A stretch of 64,000 bases of DNA, from the IMG/VR virus record IMGVR_UViG_3300028805_002025, positions 177,682 through 241,681 of that record. The stretch is one strand, 5' to 3'. Made by a program: the position numbers and the translations under genes. The notes beneath the pieces were generated by a model. That model was given only the letters and a program-made list of their open reading frames with translations. It did no database searches and was not told where the DNA came from. This document shows positions 29,262 to 39,792 of the stretch, one piece after another (the first letter of the stretch is position 1; each line of letters starts with the position of its first letter). Source of the DNA: a virus. Lineage: Duplodnaviria > Caudoviricetes.

Positions 29262-31049
29262 TTACTCGAAATTCATCGTTATTACATTAGCGGCATCTGT
29301 CACAGCACCAGTATTGCCTACATTATACAAGTAAGCAACTTGGTTAATCTTGCCGAAGTTATTTGCATTAACTTTCACACCGTTGTATACGCAATCCTTG
29401 ACATTGATTGTCCAAGTGGCAATCTTTGATGTATCGCCATTGAGTGCCACGTCATTACTAGCTGGTTGGAATATCATTAATCCAGCCCATTTGATGTCAC
29501 TCTTCTCAGCATTCTCATACGTCCAAGTGACGTTCTCAAAGTTGATGGTAACACCAGTTGCATTTCCATAGTTTGCCATTCTCAAAATATTAGAGGCATC
29601 GACCTTAAGGTTGAAATAAGAGTCCTTAATTGTGATAACGGCATCGTTAGCTACTGTATACACGTTGCACACGTTATGTGTAAGCATTGTGTTGTCAACC
29701 GTTACGTTGCTTGCATTAAAGCTCTTCACAAAGTTTGCCGTATCAGCGGTTGCTTGTGAACCCTCAAATACATTATATGCAGTAGAACCGCTCTCAACCT
29801 CTACGTTGTCAATGCTCATATTAGGGGTGTTGAAAATAATCTTTCCGTTTGTAGCACCCTTATTGCCATTAATTACTACATTGTCAACAGTAATGTTCTT
29901 GGCATTAAGCTTGATGTCGGATGAAGGAATATTTGCGTTTGACACAAATAGTGAATTATACTTTACGTCACTTGTCAATGTTGCAATTGTGTTCGCATCA
30001 GTAAGTACAACGTTACTTGTATTAGCATCAGCAGCACTTGGAATCTCGTTTACAACCGTCTGGTAGTCATAGTAACCCATGTCCAATTCCTTATTCAGCT
30101 TGATTCCCTCTGCATCAACATAGATTGGGTTTACGATACCATCACCAATCATGGAAGCAGCGTGAGCCTTAATCTTGTTATTTGCAAGAATCTTGATACC
30201 ATCGCTCTCATGAAGCCTTGCAGCCTCGATAGCATCATCAATTGCCTTCTGCACACCGTCAAGTTTAAGACCGTTCTCAGACACAGTTAAGAATGCCTCT
30301 GAATTACCGTCAATCTTGACAGATACCTTGTCACCTATAATCTCAATACCCTTGTCACCAACGTACATATTAACAAGGTCTTTCACGTTGATGTATATAG
30401 GTGCTTGACCTTCAACTTGGAACTGAATCTCAATTGCCTCGTCAGTTCCCTGTGGGTCTGGAGTAAATGTATCGCCATCCCAAGTACCCTTCACAACGGC
30501 TGCGTACTTTACGAACTGGTCTTTAGGAATGTTGATGTGCTCAATCACAGTATTACCTTGAGAAATTGTATAAACAGCTGCGTAATCACCGCTCTGTTGC
30601 TCTTTAACAACCCTAACAGTCATTGCATCCTCAAGGTCAGCAAGAGCCTTTGCCACAGTATTGCTAGCTGTGAACCCTTCACCAAGACGAGCATTCAAAT
30701 CCTCGATTGCAATGGTAAGGGTAGTACCATCAATACCGTCACCAATTTTCTCGTTTATAGTAGCAATCGCCTCACGAAGCTCAGTAACGTCAGATGCGCT
30801 TCCATCGATGTCAAGGATGGTATAAGATGACTTACCGCCACCAGAATCTTCCATTTCAGCAGCGTTAGCGTAGAAACCAACCAATGTTCTGATAACTGGG
30901 CCTCCACCTAAAGTTGGGTCAAGATAACGAGCCAACTTAGCAACACCATCATTCGTACCAACTTGAACGAGAGCTTGCTCTGCAAGCTGCTTTGTTGAAT
31001 AAACCTTACCATTACGTAAGAGTCCTAATGATTTAATATTTGTAATCAT
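29262..31049 (-). CDS. Fibre protein with C-terminal beta-helix-like domain
   Basis: KSLGLLRNG start, internal ELDMGYY, then Asn/Val-rich beta repeats. Confidence 0.65.
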   Translation of the reverse strand: MITNIKSLGLLRNGKVYSTKQLAEQALVQVGTNDGVAKLARYLDPTLGGGPVIRTLVGFYANAAEMEDSGGGKSSYTILDIDGSASDVTELREAIATINEKIGDGIDGTTLTIAIEDLNARLGEGFTASNTVAKALADLEDAMTVRVVKEQQSGDYAAVYTISQGNTVIEHINIPKDQFVKYAAVVKGTWDGDTFTPDPQGTDEAIEIQFQVEGQAPIYINVKDLVNMYVGDKGIEIIGDKVSVKIDGNSEAFLTVSENGLKLDGVQKAIDDAIEAARLHESDGIKILANNKIKAHAASMIGDGIVNPIYVDAEGIKLNKELDMGYYDYQTVVNEIPSAADANTSNVVLTDANTIATLTSDVKYNSLFVSNANIPSSDIKLNAKNITVDNVVINGNKGATNGKIIFNTPNMSIDNVEVESGSTAYNVFEGSQATADTANFVKSFNASNVTVDNTMLTHNVCNVYTVANDAVITIKDSYFNLKVDASNILRMANYGNATGVTINFENVTWTYENAEKSDIKWAGLMIFQPASNDVALNGDTSKIATWTINVKDCVYNGVKVNANNFGKINQVAYLYNVGNTGAVTDAANVITMNFE

Positions 31050-31140
31050 AATTTATAAAATATTTTATTATTGTTATTCTTTTATTATAATCTTATTAAT
31101 AAATATTTTTTCAAAACCAATTATTAATAATTTGTCAAAT

Positions 31141-31185
31141 AAAAAAAATCGAGGATAAGACTTTTTAATCTTACCCTCTTTTTTT
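31141..31185. terminator. Bidirectional terminator
   Basis: A-run, GAGGATAAGA / TCTTACCCTC, T-run. Confidence 0.6.
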
Positions 31186-31211
31186 CTTGAGTTTTCAAAA
31201 TTATGGAATCT

Positions 31212-33116
31212 TTAATTGTATGTTTCATGCGCAAGCATTGCAAGAAGGTCGTTCACTTTCATGAATTCACCTTCTATCCAAAGATACATAGTGCCATCCT
31301 TTCTAATTTCAACAGCGTTCTTCCTATCTTCGTCAGATGTTCCAATACCAATACTAAATGCAGTCTGTGCTGAAGGTTCTTCTCCAGTATTACTTATATT
31401 ATATGTACCGAATGCAACCTCATACTCGTTTGTTCTAACAAGAGTAGGGTTTGTCACAATGCCTATTTCATCCTCAAGCTCATGGAACTCACGATGAAGT
31501 ACGTCAAGAACACCGTTACCTGTATTGGTGTAATTATCAACAGTCTCTCCAGTATATGTTGTGATAACATTTAACCTATTATATATATGTCTAGTATCAG
31601 CACTCCAACCACTATATATAATATCGTTGAGGTCATCAATCTGACTCTGCAAATAACCATCAGTACCTACCCTATTTGTAGTTTCTAATGCTAATGCATT
31701 TGTAAGGTCGCTTCTTACTCCCCCAACCTTGTCATTTACAGTATCATCAACATATGTTTTATTGGCTTTCTTGGCTAGGTCTGTATCTATTCTATCTAAC
31801 TTGTTGTTGATATATGTCTCTACACCATTAAATTTGTTATCAGTATAATTATTAGCCTCTTGAACTCCAATTGTTTTCTGATACACGGCATATTTTTTAG
31901 CACCCCATATGGTGTCATCATTCATTGAATCGCCACTAGTACCAACAAGAGTTTTATCACCATTTATTCTATCTTGAATCTCTTGGTCGAGTCTTTCATC
32001 AATACTACCAATCATACCACTGATTGCAGCAACAGTTGTAACAGCAGACTCAGCCTTTGCGTCTATAGCATCAATGGTATTTGCTAATGCAGCATCACCA
32101 TCTATTCTATCTTGAATCTCTTGATTCAAAGACGTTCTTAACTGTGACACTTTGTTATCAACCTCTTGAACATCAGTCTTATCGGCTTTTTTCCTGTCCA
32201 TTTGGTTGAACATATCCTCAACGTCACTAGTGTATGCGCTGAATGTTCTCTTATCAAGCTTCTTGCCAAGTTCCGTGTTAACATCTTCTATATCGCTTTC
32301 TATATTGCTAATTGTGGTATTAATAGAAGATATATCACCGCTTATAGAAGATATATTATCCTCTATATTACCTATTATTCCATCAGTGGTAGCAGTATAT
32401 GTTATGAATGAACCACTAAGTTCTTGAAGGTCTGCCTTCAATGCGAACTTATCTGGGTCAATTTGAGGAATATTGTCTATCTCTTCTTGCAATGTATCTA
32501 TAGCACCACTTAATACTTGAATATCGCCTGTGATACTCGATATGCTTTCTTGCTCAATAGATATAATGTCATCTATCTCATCCTTTGTGTATACATCTTC
32601 CTTCTTTGCATATGTATCTTCAGCTTCATCCTTATCTAATTTACTAGCCAAAGAATCTTGCAATGTATCTATAGCGCCACTTAATGCTTCAATGTCTTCT
32701 GTAACTCCGCTTACATCTACAATTTGCTGTTTAATCGATTCAACCTCTCCACTCAATGTATTTAGGTCATCGTCTATAGATGTAACACTTGTTATGATTT
32801 CATTGATTTTATTCGTTACCTCTTCATCATATTCTTCAAGTGCTGTTATCCTTTCAGTATTTCCACTGATTACATTTGCGAAGTTTGTATTTATATCACT
32901 CTGTAGACTAATGAATGCTTCTGTCTTTGCACTGAGTTCATTGACTATGGAAAGGTCAGCCTTGCCCTTCGTAGCACCGCTGAGTTCACTGATTTCCTCG
33001 TCTTGCTCCTTGTTTATCTTGTTGATTTCACTTAAATCAACGCTTCCAATAGCACTTGTAAATACATTTTGGTCTGGAAAGCCATAAAATTCTAAGTGTC
33101 TAACTTTTTTTCCCAT
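31212..33116 (-). CDS. Long coiled-coil fibre protein
   Basis: Acidic heptads, LSGAIDT and EIQDRI repeats; AFSIGIGTSDEDRKNAVEI resembles trimeric adhesin neck motifs. Confidence 0.7.
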   Translation of the reverse strand: MGKKVRHLEFYGFPDQNVFTSAIGSVDLSEINKINKEQDEEISELSGATKGKADLSIVNELSAKTEAFISLQSDINTNFANVISGNTERITALEEYDEEVTNKINEIITSVTSIDDDLNTLSGEVESIKQQIVDVSGVTEDIEALSGAIDTLQDSLASKLDKDEAEDTYAKKEDVYTKDEIDDIISIEQESISSITGDIQVLSGAIDTLQEEIDNIPQIDPDKFALKADLQELSGSFITYTATTDGIIGNIEDNISSISGDISSINTTISNIESDIEDVNTELGKKLDKRTFSAYTSDVEDMFNQMDRKKADKTDVQEVDNKVSQLRTSLNQEIQDRIDGDAALANTIDAIDAKAESAVTTVAAISGMIGSIDERLDQEIQDRINGDKTLVGTSGDSMNDDTIWGAKKYAVYQKTIGVQEANNYTDNKFNGVETYINNKLDRIDTDLAKKANKTYVDDTVNDKVGGVRSDLTNALALETTNRVGTDGYLQSQIDDLNDIIYSGWSADTRHIYNRLNVITTYTGETVDNYTNTGNGVLDVLHREFHELEDEIGIVTNPTLVRTNEYEVAFGTYNISNTGEEPSAQTAFSIGIGTSDEDRKNAVEIRKDGTMYLWIEGEFMKVNDLLAMLAHETYN

Positions 33117-33249
33117 AATTTATACAATTACATTTTTATATAAATATTTCAAATTATCGATTAATATACAATATAAGAAAAATTAAAAAAATTCTTCTCA
33201 AAAACAGCAACTTTTGTTAGTTAGGTGATAATTGTTATCAGCTAACATA

Positions 33250-33405
33250 ATGAAAACAAAATACATAAATTATGAGAAGAAGAACTTTATTGAAATCAAG
33301 CAAAGATGGTTCTCAACTAGGAGAGCCAATACCACCATTGAGCGTATTACATCACAGAATGGAATTTTTAAAGAAGAAGAATGGCTAGATGCTTATTTAA
33401 ATTAA
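33250..33405 (+). CDS. Small hypothetical protein (51 aa, not in the ORF track)
   Basis: Manual translation MKTKYINYEKKNFIEIKQRWFSTRRANTTIERITSQNGIFKEEEWLDAYLN, followed by a terminator. Confidence 0.4.
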   Translation: MKTKYINYEKKNFIEIKQRWFSTRRANTTIERITSQNGIFKEEEWLDAYLN

Positions 33406-33430
33406 AAACAATTATACATTAACTATATTG

Positions 33431-33470
33431 AAAAAAAGGAGGGTAAGACAACGCATCTTACCCCCTTTTT
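33431..33470. terminator. Bidirectional terminator
   Basis: AAAAAGGAGGGTAAGA / TCTTACCCCCTTTTT. Confidence 0.7.
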
Positions 33471-33495
33471 ATATATAGATTAATTAAAGTTTTGC

Positions 33496-34497
33496 TTAAT
33501 ATTCTCCGCAGTCAATAAGGTTCACATCAGCTTGTACTGTTGTCTTACCGCTAACATTTCTTGTAATGGTGAAACCAACATTATGTGCATCATCCTTTGC
33601 AACGAAATCATATTCCTCGATAAGTTCAGCCAATGGAACTCTCACCTCAATTGGTTCAGCAGATGAAGATGTGTGATATACAATCACAAGTTCCTCAGTC
33701 TCTTTATCATATGAAATGGAGTCAATGATAGAACCAGCATTAAGTGGTTTTTCAACTCCATTTACAATCAATGCGTTTGTTGCTGCATTATAGTCAACCT
33801 CAGTATATATGCCATCATTCTTAACTATAATTATATTACCTTCTACAGCACTAACGTTGACATCAGCCTTAACTTTCTGTGTCCCATCAATTGCTTCTTC
33901 CTTTGTAAGAGTTACCGTGTTAGTGTTCTCAACGGTTGTGATTGATTTTCCACTGATTTCATCAATCTTCTCAACAAGTGATTTTCCACTTACGTCCTCA
34001 CCCATGCCGATGAAGTCCTCAACAGCCTTAATTTCATCTGAAAGCTTTGTATCAGCATCCTTCAAAGATGTCGCACCACTGATGAATTTTGCATTTGGGT
34101 CTGCTGTATATGTACCATCAGCATTAAGTCCAGCGGCTTCAATGATTGCATCAATCAACCCATCAGCATCGTCAATGCTATCAATAATATCAGCAATCTG
34201 CTTAACAAAGCTTCCTTCTGCTGCGTTTGGGTCTTCAGTACCATCATCCTTAATACCAAGCTTATTCAATATTGTTTGGTTATCAACGAAGAAAATCTTA
34301 TCTTGCGCCTTGATACCTAACACATTGGCTATAGTGCCGTTAACACTCTTAGTGTCCATATATGAACCAAGTATGAACTCACCATCTGCCAAGGTTGAAT
34401 CCAATGATAGTATTCTCTGTTTAGCCTCTTCAACACTAATAGCAGGTACACCATTTCTCTTAAATTGTATAGTTCTTAATACGTTTCCCATAATCAA
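33496..34497 (-). CDS. Fibre segment/adaptor
   Basis: RTIQFKRN start, C-term DCGEY. Confidence 0.7.
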   Translation of the reverse strand: MIMGNVLRTIQFKRNGVPAISVEEAKQRILSLDSTLADGEFILGSYMDTKSVNGTIANVLGIKAQDKIFFVDNQTILNKLGIKDDGTEDPNAAEGSFVKQIADIIDSIDDADGLIDAIIEAAGLNADGTYTADPNAKFISGATSLKDADTKLSDEIKAVEDFIGMGEDVSGKSLVEKIDEISGKSITTVENTNTVTLTKEEAIDGTQKVKADVNVSAVEGNIIIVKNDGIYTEVDYNAATNALIVNGVEKPLNAGSIIDSISYDKETEELVIVYHTSSSAEPIEVRVPLAELIEEYDFVAKDDAHNVGFTITRNVSGKTTVQADVNLIDCGEY

Positions 34498-34534
34498 ATT
34501 ATATAATTTATTATTTGTTAATTATTTTTATTCG

Positions 34535-37009
34535 TTAATATGTACCACAATCAATGTCACCATTGAATATAATACCATCATTTGTTCTGTCAACCACAAT
34601 TAAGTTTGATTCATCTGTTGAAATCTTAACATCACCCTTAAGTGTGTTTGCTCTGTCTCTTTCAAGATGTAATGTAGCAGAATCTTCAACTCCAAGGCTT
34701 TCCTCAAAGTACTCTCTCAATGTGTCAAGTGCTCCGCTTACAGAATCAATAGGTGCTCTTGATACGTACAATGCACCATCATCCATTACCAAGATGTTGT
34801 CATCGTGACTATCGTTTATAACTACTGAAGCCTTCAATATATCTTGTTCTGTTGTTCCGCTAGCAACTCTTACCTTTTCAAGTTGAACTGCGTGTGGATG
34901 TCCATCTTCAACTCTCCATTCGTTAATCAAGTCACCTACAGGAATCTCAACAGTCTTAACCTCATGTCCGTTATTCAGATAAGTAATAACAATAGCTTCC
35001 TTACTTGGATTGTATTCAATACTGATGATTGAAGACATACTCTCAAGTTGAATCTCCTTCTCGCCATTGGTTGTGGTGAAGATAAGCTTATTAGCTTCCT
35101 CTATGTAAGAAAGGTTAACACCTGCATACAAGCCATCTGCATTAAGTTTGATTATGTTCTCTCTACCATGCTCAACCTCTTCGCTTAAATTAACGCTGAT
35201 AACAGGTTTTGTTGACTCTGTCTTATCAATATTAATTGACTTGTCAGTATTGATAATATCCTTAAGGCTATTTGCAGAATCACCACTAATTGTATCTATC
35301 TCTGATTGCAGTATATTGATTTCATCTTCAATTCCATTAATCTTTGCATCGTGTTCTGCATCATTTTCAGTTGAACGTTCAATCTCAGAATCAATCTTAC
35401 CATTAATTCTTGCTTCTTCATTGCTTGCACGTTCTACCTCTTCAGATAGTCCATTTGTTAATGTTTCTACATTGTTCTCAATATTACGTATTCTTCCATT
35501 GAATGTAGTATCTGCATCCTTCAATGCATCAATTTCATCAGCGACATTAGAATTTCTTCCATACTTAATGTTATCGGCAGTACCCTTAACATAGAGCATA
35601 TGGTTATTATCAACAAGGATGTTATCATCTGCTCTTAATATCTTAACGTCAGCAGATACCTTGTCAGCACCGTGAATGATTCTAGCTCTGTCTATGAACA
35701 CGTTATGTCCTTCATTTTGAGGTTCCCATTCCCAGCTATCCATCATTTCTCCGATTGGAATCTTAACCTTCTGCTGTTTTCCATTACCATCTGTATAAAG
35801 GATTACAAGTGATTCTGTTGCTGCCTCATAATAAATGTCATCGAACAACTTGAATGAATTAAGCTGAATTCTAGTTTCTTTCTTTCTTTCTTCCTCATCA
35901 TTTGTTGATGTCGTGAATACAAGTGTATTCTCACTGCTTATATATTCAAGTTTTGTAGAAGCAAAGAAGCCATCAGCCTTTGATGTGATAATATTATTAC
36001 TATCAGTTGATATTCTAATGGATGACAATTCATCCAATGCTTGCTGAACGTTAGTCTTACCAGTACTACTGTAGTAAACAATATTGGTAGCTTCGCCATC
36101 TACATAAAGATAGCGATTATCAATTGTCTTCTTCAATATATTATTAACACGCTCATCAGCGATTCTAACATCAGCAGACAATATATCTTGCCAAGGCTCT
36201 ACGTGATGATGGTCTACTTCCTCATCATATCCAACCTCTTTCCTTGTAAGCACGATAGGAGACTTTGTTGCCTCACCTTCTACAACCCATTCAGCAAGAA
36301 GCTCTTCAAGGTTAATAGTTATCTCGTCACCGAATCTAGTACGTATGTGCAATGATTCGTCTTGCGGCTTATATATTCCACTAACAATCTCATTACCTGT
36401 TATCTTGAATGCCTTTGTTGTATCATTTACGGTAAAGTTAAGAACACTAGTATCCTCGTCATAATCAACGTCAACGAACATAAACAGTCCGTCATCAGTC
36501 TTAATAATATGATTATCCTCGGCAATTCTGTCAAATACATGGTATTCTGCCACTCTAACGTCACCACTTATAACAGTACCACTATCAGTCTGTTCCGCAT
36601 ACAAGTCCAATGTATCTGAACTCTTTGCAATGACTTTGACAAGCTTTGCAAGTTCATTAATCTGTTCTTGAAGGTTGTCAATATCTGATTCTGTCTTATG
36701 GGTGTCAATTATACAGAATCTGTTCTTTGAATGCCTTTTTCCTTCGTCTTCATTTGTAACAGAGCCTATTGCGAGAATAACGTGTGGGTCAGTCTCATCA
36801 TCTTTGTTCTTATATCTTAGAACGGTTGGTTCTCCGAACAATGATAAACCATAAGAAACATCAACCGATGCAAGACCTTCTTCAGCATATTTCACTTCCC
36901 TAAAAATGTACTCTATAGCATCGTCTCTAGTGTCAAAAACACCTTCAACGGTAGTATAGCCACTTCCAATTCCGTGATGTCTAAATTGTAATCTATTGAT
37001 TGTATTCAT
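34535..37009 (-). CDS. Fibre segment
   Basis: RLQFRH start, repeated N.I....DGL(F/Y) modules, coiled coil, C-term DCGTY. Confidence 0.7.
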   Translation of the reverse strand: MNTINRLQFRHHGIGSGYTTVEGVFDTRDDAIEYIFREVKYAEEGLASVDVSYGLSLFGEPTVLRYKNKDDETDPHVILAIGSVTNEDEGKRHSKNRFCIIDTHKTESDIDNLQEQINELAKLVKVIAKSSDTLDLYAEQTDSGTVISGDVRVAEYHVFDRIAEDNHIIKTDDGLFMFVDVDYDEDTSVLNFTVNDTTKAFKITGNEIVSGIYKPQDESLHIRTRFGDEITINLEELLAEWVVEGEATKSPIVLTRKEVGYDEEVDHHHVEPWQDILSADVRIADERVNNILKKTIDNRYLYVDGEATNIVYYSSTGKTNVQQALDELSSIRISTDSNNIITSKADGFFASTKLEYISSENTLVFTTSTNDEEERKKETRIQLNSFKLFDDIYYEAATESLVILYTDGNGKQQKVKIPIGEMMDSWEWEPQNEGHNVFIDRARIIHGADKVSADVKILRADDNILVDNNHMLYVKGTADNIKYGRNSNVADEIDALKDADTTFNGRIRNIENNVETLTNGLSEEVERASNEEARINGKIDSEIERSTENDAEHDAKINGIEDEINILQSEIDTISGDSANSLKDIINTDKSINIDKTESTKPVISVNLSEEVEHGRENIIKLNADGLYAGVNLSYIEEANKLIFTTTNGEKEIQLESMSSIISIEYNPSKEAIVITYLNNGHEVKTVEIPVGDLINEWRVEDGHPHAVQLEKVRVASGTTEQDILKASVVINDSHDDNILVMDDGALYVSRAPIDSVSGALDTLREYFEESLGVEDSATLHLERDRANTLKGDVKISTDESNLIVVDRTNDGIIFNGDIDCGTY

Positions 37010-37038
37010 TTTTAATTGTATATTGTTATCAAATATTA

Positions 37039-39342
37039 TTAGATTTCACCGAAGTTTCCGTCAAACTGAACCTTAATGAAATGTTCCTCGTTATTGTCTT
37101 TTGTTTTAAGAACCATATTTGGCTGTTCTCCATCCAAACAAGCATTTAGAACGTATGGATTGTTAGATGGGTCTATCAACTGTCCTTTAATCTCATATTC
37201 TCTTGCTGTTGCCCTATCTTTTTCATCAAATAGTTCTTGTTCAATTTCATCTTCTCTTGCTGTTGCCCTCTCAATTTCAGTCTCTATAGCTCCGCTAAGT
37301 ACCTCATCAGCAGCGGCACGTTCTTCACGTTCTGTATCAATTGCGCCGCTTAAAGCCTCAATCTCTTCTTGAACTTGAACACCTCCTATAGCTTCCCAAA
37401 GGTCGGTCTCTGCTGATGTTGCACGTTCATACTCTTGATTGATAGCATCCCAAAGCTGCCCATCAGTTTCGGTTCTAGCTGAAGCCTCCTTAGCAATAGC
37501 CTCCCAAAGCTCTGCATCATCTTCCTCAATGTCAGCACGAAGGTCGTCTATTGCGCCACTAAGAACTGTATCGCCACTGATTCTCTCCTCACGCTCTGTA
37601 ATAATCATTCCACTAAGGATTGTATCAGACTTGATACGCTCCTCGCGCTCCTTGATGAGCAATGGAACTATAATATGGATTACTCTCTCTACAACAAGGT
37701 CGTCGGTGTTAACCAATATCTTGTTACAATTGTCGTCCTCAGTGAACACCCTGTACTCAATGTTGCTCTGTGCAACCTTTGGAATTTCAACCTCGATGCA
37801 GTCTGGTACATTGTCCTCGTACATTACACAAACTTCTGTGGTTGTGCCTGTACCCTGGTCGAAGCATGGGTTCTCAATAACGATGGTGTCACCCTCCTTC
37901 ATGATTCTCTTCTCCCAGTAGTATCCGTTCCACTCGTTGATGAACATCTCAACTCTCTTCTGTACAATCTCACCGTTGTTTACCTCAACAACCTCTGGTG
38001 CTGTTGCACAATCTGGGTCATACTCCTTGAAGTAGCTCTTGTCAGCGTAGTTTGAAGCAAGCCAAACCTGTCCCGCCTCTGGGAACAAGATGGTCTTATA
38101 AAGGATACCATCGATATACTCACTGTCATAGTAGTTGCTACCATCATAGTCCTTCACAAGTCTTACTGAATAGTAAGGACTTGGGCACTCTGCAACCTGT
38201 GTAACGCCCTTCTTCTCACAGTCAAATATCTTAACATATCTGTCCTGGGTTGGGTCATTGTGAACATGAGTTGAAGTCCAGAAGAATGCTTGCTCACGGA
38301 ACTGAAGCGCCTCCACTCTGTTCTGTCTCTGACGATATACAGCAGTACCAGCAGGAAGTATAGTCATACCATACTTGTCAACTCCAACTGGAGACTCTGG
38401 CTTGTAGTCTGGAACATCGTTGTTGAAATCCTCAATGTCACCGTTGCAGTCTGGATTTCCTGGCTCTACGAAGTAGTCCTCATCCTCAAGTGTGCATCCT
38501 GTATTAGGCTTCGTTACGTTGCACTCACAATCTGGCTGATTGCACCATCCGCACTCTGACTTAAGGAACTTACCTGCCATGCATCCAAGCTCGATGTGGC
38601 ACTGTGCTGAACCATGCTCACGGCAATGCTTACCTGGGTCACAAGGCTCTATAGAGTTCAAAAGAGCATCCCAGTCAGCCTTAGTAGGCACTCTCCATGC
38701 GAATCTCTCGTCTTCCTTTGAGTTCCTGCTGACATACAGCTCCTTCATCCTAGCCTCAATCTTATCAAGAGCAACACCGTTGTAAAGGTATCCGTAGTCA
38801 TTCACATATTCCTTCGTAACGTATCTTGTTCCAAGCTTAGCTACTTCTGGAAGTGTACCACCAGTAGTGAGGTCGAAGACACTCAAAGCTGGGGCTAACA
38901 TACCTGTCTTCTCCACACCAGCTATACCAAGTGGAGACTGCATAGTACCATTGCCCTTAAGCGTACCGTCTGTAATGACCTTGGTAAGGATATCGCTACC
39001 GATGATGTCCATAAGGTTGTCTGCTGTAAGAATGTTGGCAATTGATACCGTCTTCTTACCATCAACGCAATCATAGGAAATTGTCAATGTAGTTCCACTC
39101 TCACCACACTCAGCGTTTACTTCAAGGTTGTATGTGACATCATAAAGAGGAACAATAAGCTTCTCGCCATTGTTTCTAGTAAGTACAAGAGTCTTCTCGT
39201 CTCTGATAAACTCTGCCTTCTTAATGTCATTGTCCTTGAGGGTCAAGAAGTTGTGGTCTATCTCATTGATAGTCAACTTACAGTTCTTTGTTACGTCCTC
39301 TGGGTATGGGCTTACTAATTTGTAGTAATAAAGTCCGTTCAT
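37039..39342 (-). CDS. Proximal fibre protein with Fib_succ_major (FISUMP)-like domain
   Basis: LTINEIDHNF anchor; YGYLYN, WRVPTKADW, GKFLKS, ILPAG, FFWTST, YSVRLVKD motifs; coiled coil. Confidence 0.75.
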   Translation of the reverse strand: MNGLYYYKLVSPYPEDVTKNCKLTINEIDHNFLTLKDNDIKKAEFIRDEKTLVLTRNNGEKLIVPLYDVTYNLEVNAECGESGTTLTISYDCVDGKKTVSIANILTADNLMDIIGSDILTKVITDGTLKGNGTMQSPLGIAGVEKTGMLAPALSVFDLTTGGTLPEVAKLGTRYVTKEYVNDYGYLYNGVALDKIEARMKELYVSRNSKEDERFAWRVPTKADWDALLNSIEPCDPGKHCREHGSAQCHIELGCMAGKFLKSECGWCNQPDCECNVTKPNTGCTLEDEDYFVEPGNPDCNGDIEDFNNDVPDYKPESPVGVDKYGMTILPAGTAVYRQRQNRVEALQFREQAFFWTSTHVHNDPTQDRYVKIFDCEKKGVTQVAECPSPYYSVRLVKDYDGSNYYDSEYIDGILYKTILFPEAGQVWLASNYADKSYFKEYDPDCATAPEVVEVNNGEIVQKRVEMFINEWNGYYWEKRIMKEGDTIVIENPCFDQGTGTTTEVCVMYEDNVPDCIEVEIPKVAQSNIEYRVFTEDDNCNKILVNTDDLVVERVIHIIVPLLIKEREERIKSDTILSGMIITEREERISGDTVLSGAIDDLRADIEEDDAELWEAIAKEASARTETDGQLWDAINQEYERATSAETDLWEAIGGVQVQEEIEALSGAIDTEREERAAADEVLSGAIETEIERATAREDEIEQELFDEKDRATAREYEIKGQLIDPSNNPYVLNACLDGEQPNMVLKTKDNNEEHFIKVQFDGNFGEI

Positions 39343-39442
39343 ATCTTGTTATTATTTTAATAATAAATATAGAAAGTTTCTAACTTGTTTTCCTTTTTTA
39401 TCATATTTATATGGAGAAATATGTATAAACCCTACAAAAATT

Positions 39443-39766
39443 ATGAGACACCCTAAAGGATACTGGAAAAACAAGGAAAATATGATGACTGAAGCCAGAA
39501 AATATTCAACAAAGGAGGAGTTCCAGAAAGGAAACCTTACTGCATTCCTAGCCGCCCATAAATACGGTTATATAGATAATATGGACTGGATGGTTAAACA
39601 GAAGCAACACAAGAAGGGGTATTGGACTTACAAGCACATAGAAGAGGAGGCACTGAAGTACGATACCAAGACTGAGTTCTTCAAGGGGAATCAAACAGCA
39701 TACAGGGCTGCTCTGAAGATGGGTGTGATTGATGATTTCTTCGGACTTAATGACTATGTACAATAA
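39443..39766 (+). CDS. Small protein made of two homing-endonuclease-associated repeats
   Basis: KGYW...EA.KY.TK.EF.KGN.TA..AA.K.G.ID repeated twice; no nuclease motif. Confidence 0.65.
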   Translation: MRHPKGYWKNKENMMTEARKYSTKEEFQKGNLTAFLAAHKYGYIDNMDWMVKQKQHKKGYWTYKHIEEEALKYDTKTEFFKGNQTAYRAALKMGVIDDFFGLNDYVQ

Positions 39767-39792
39767 AAAAAGAGCAACCATTGCTGATTGCC

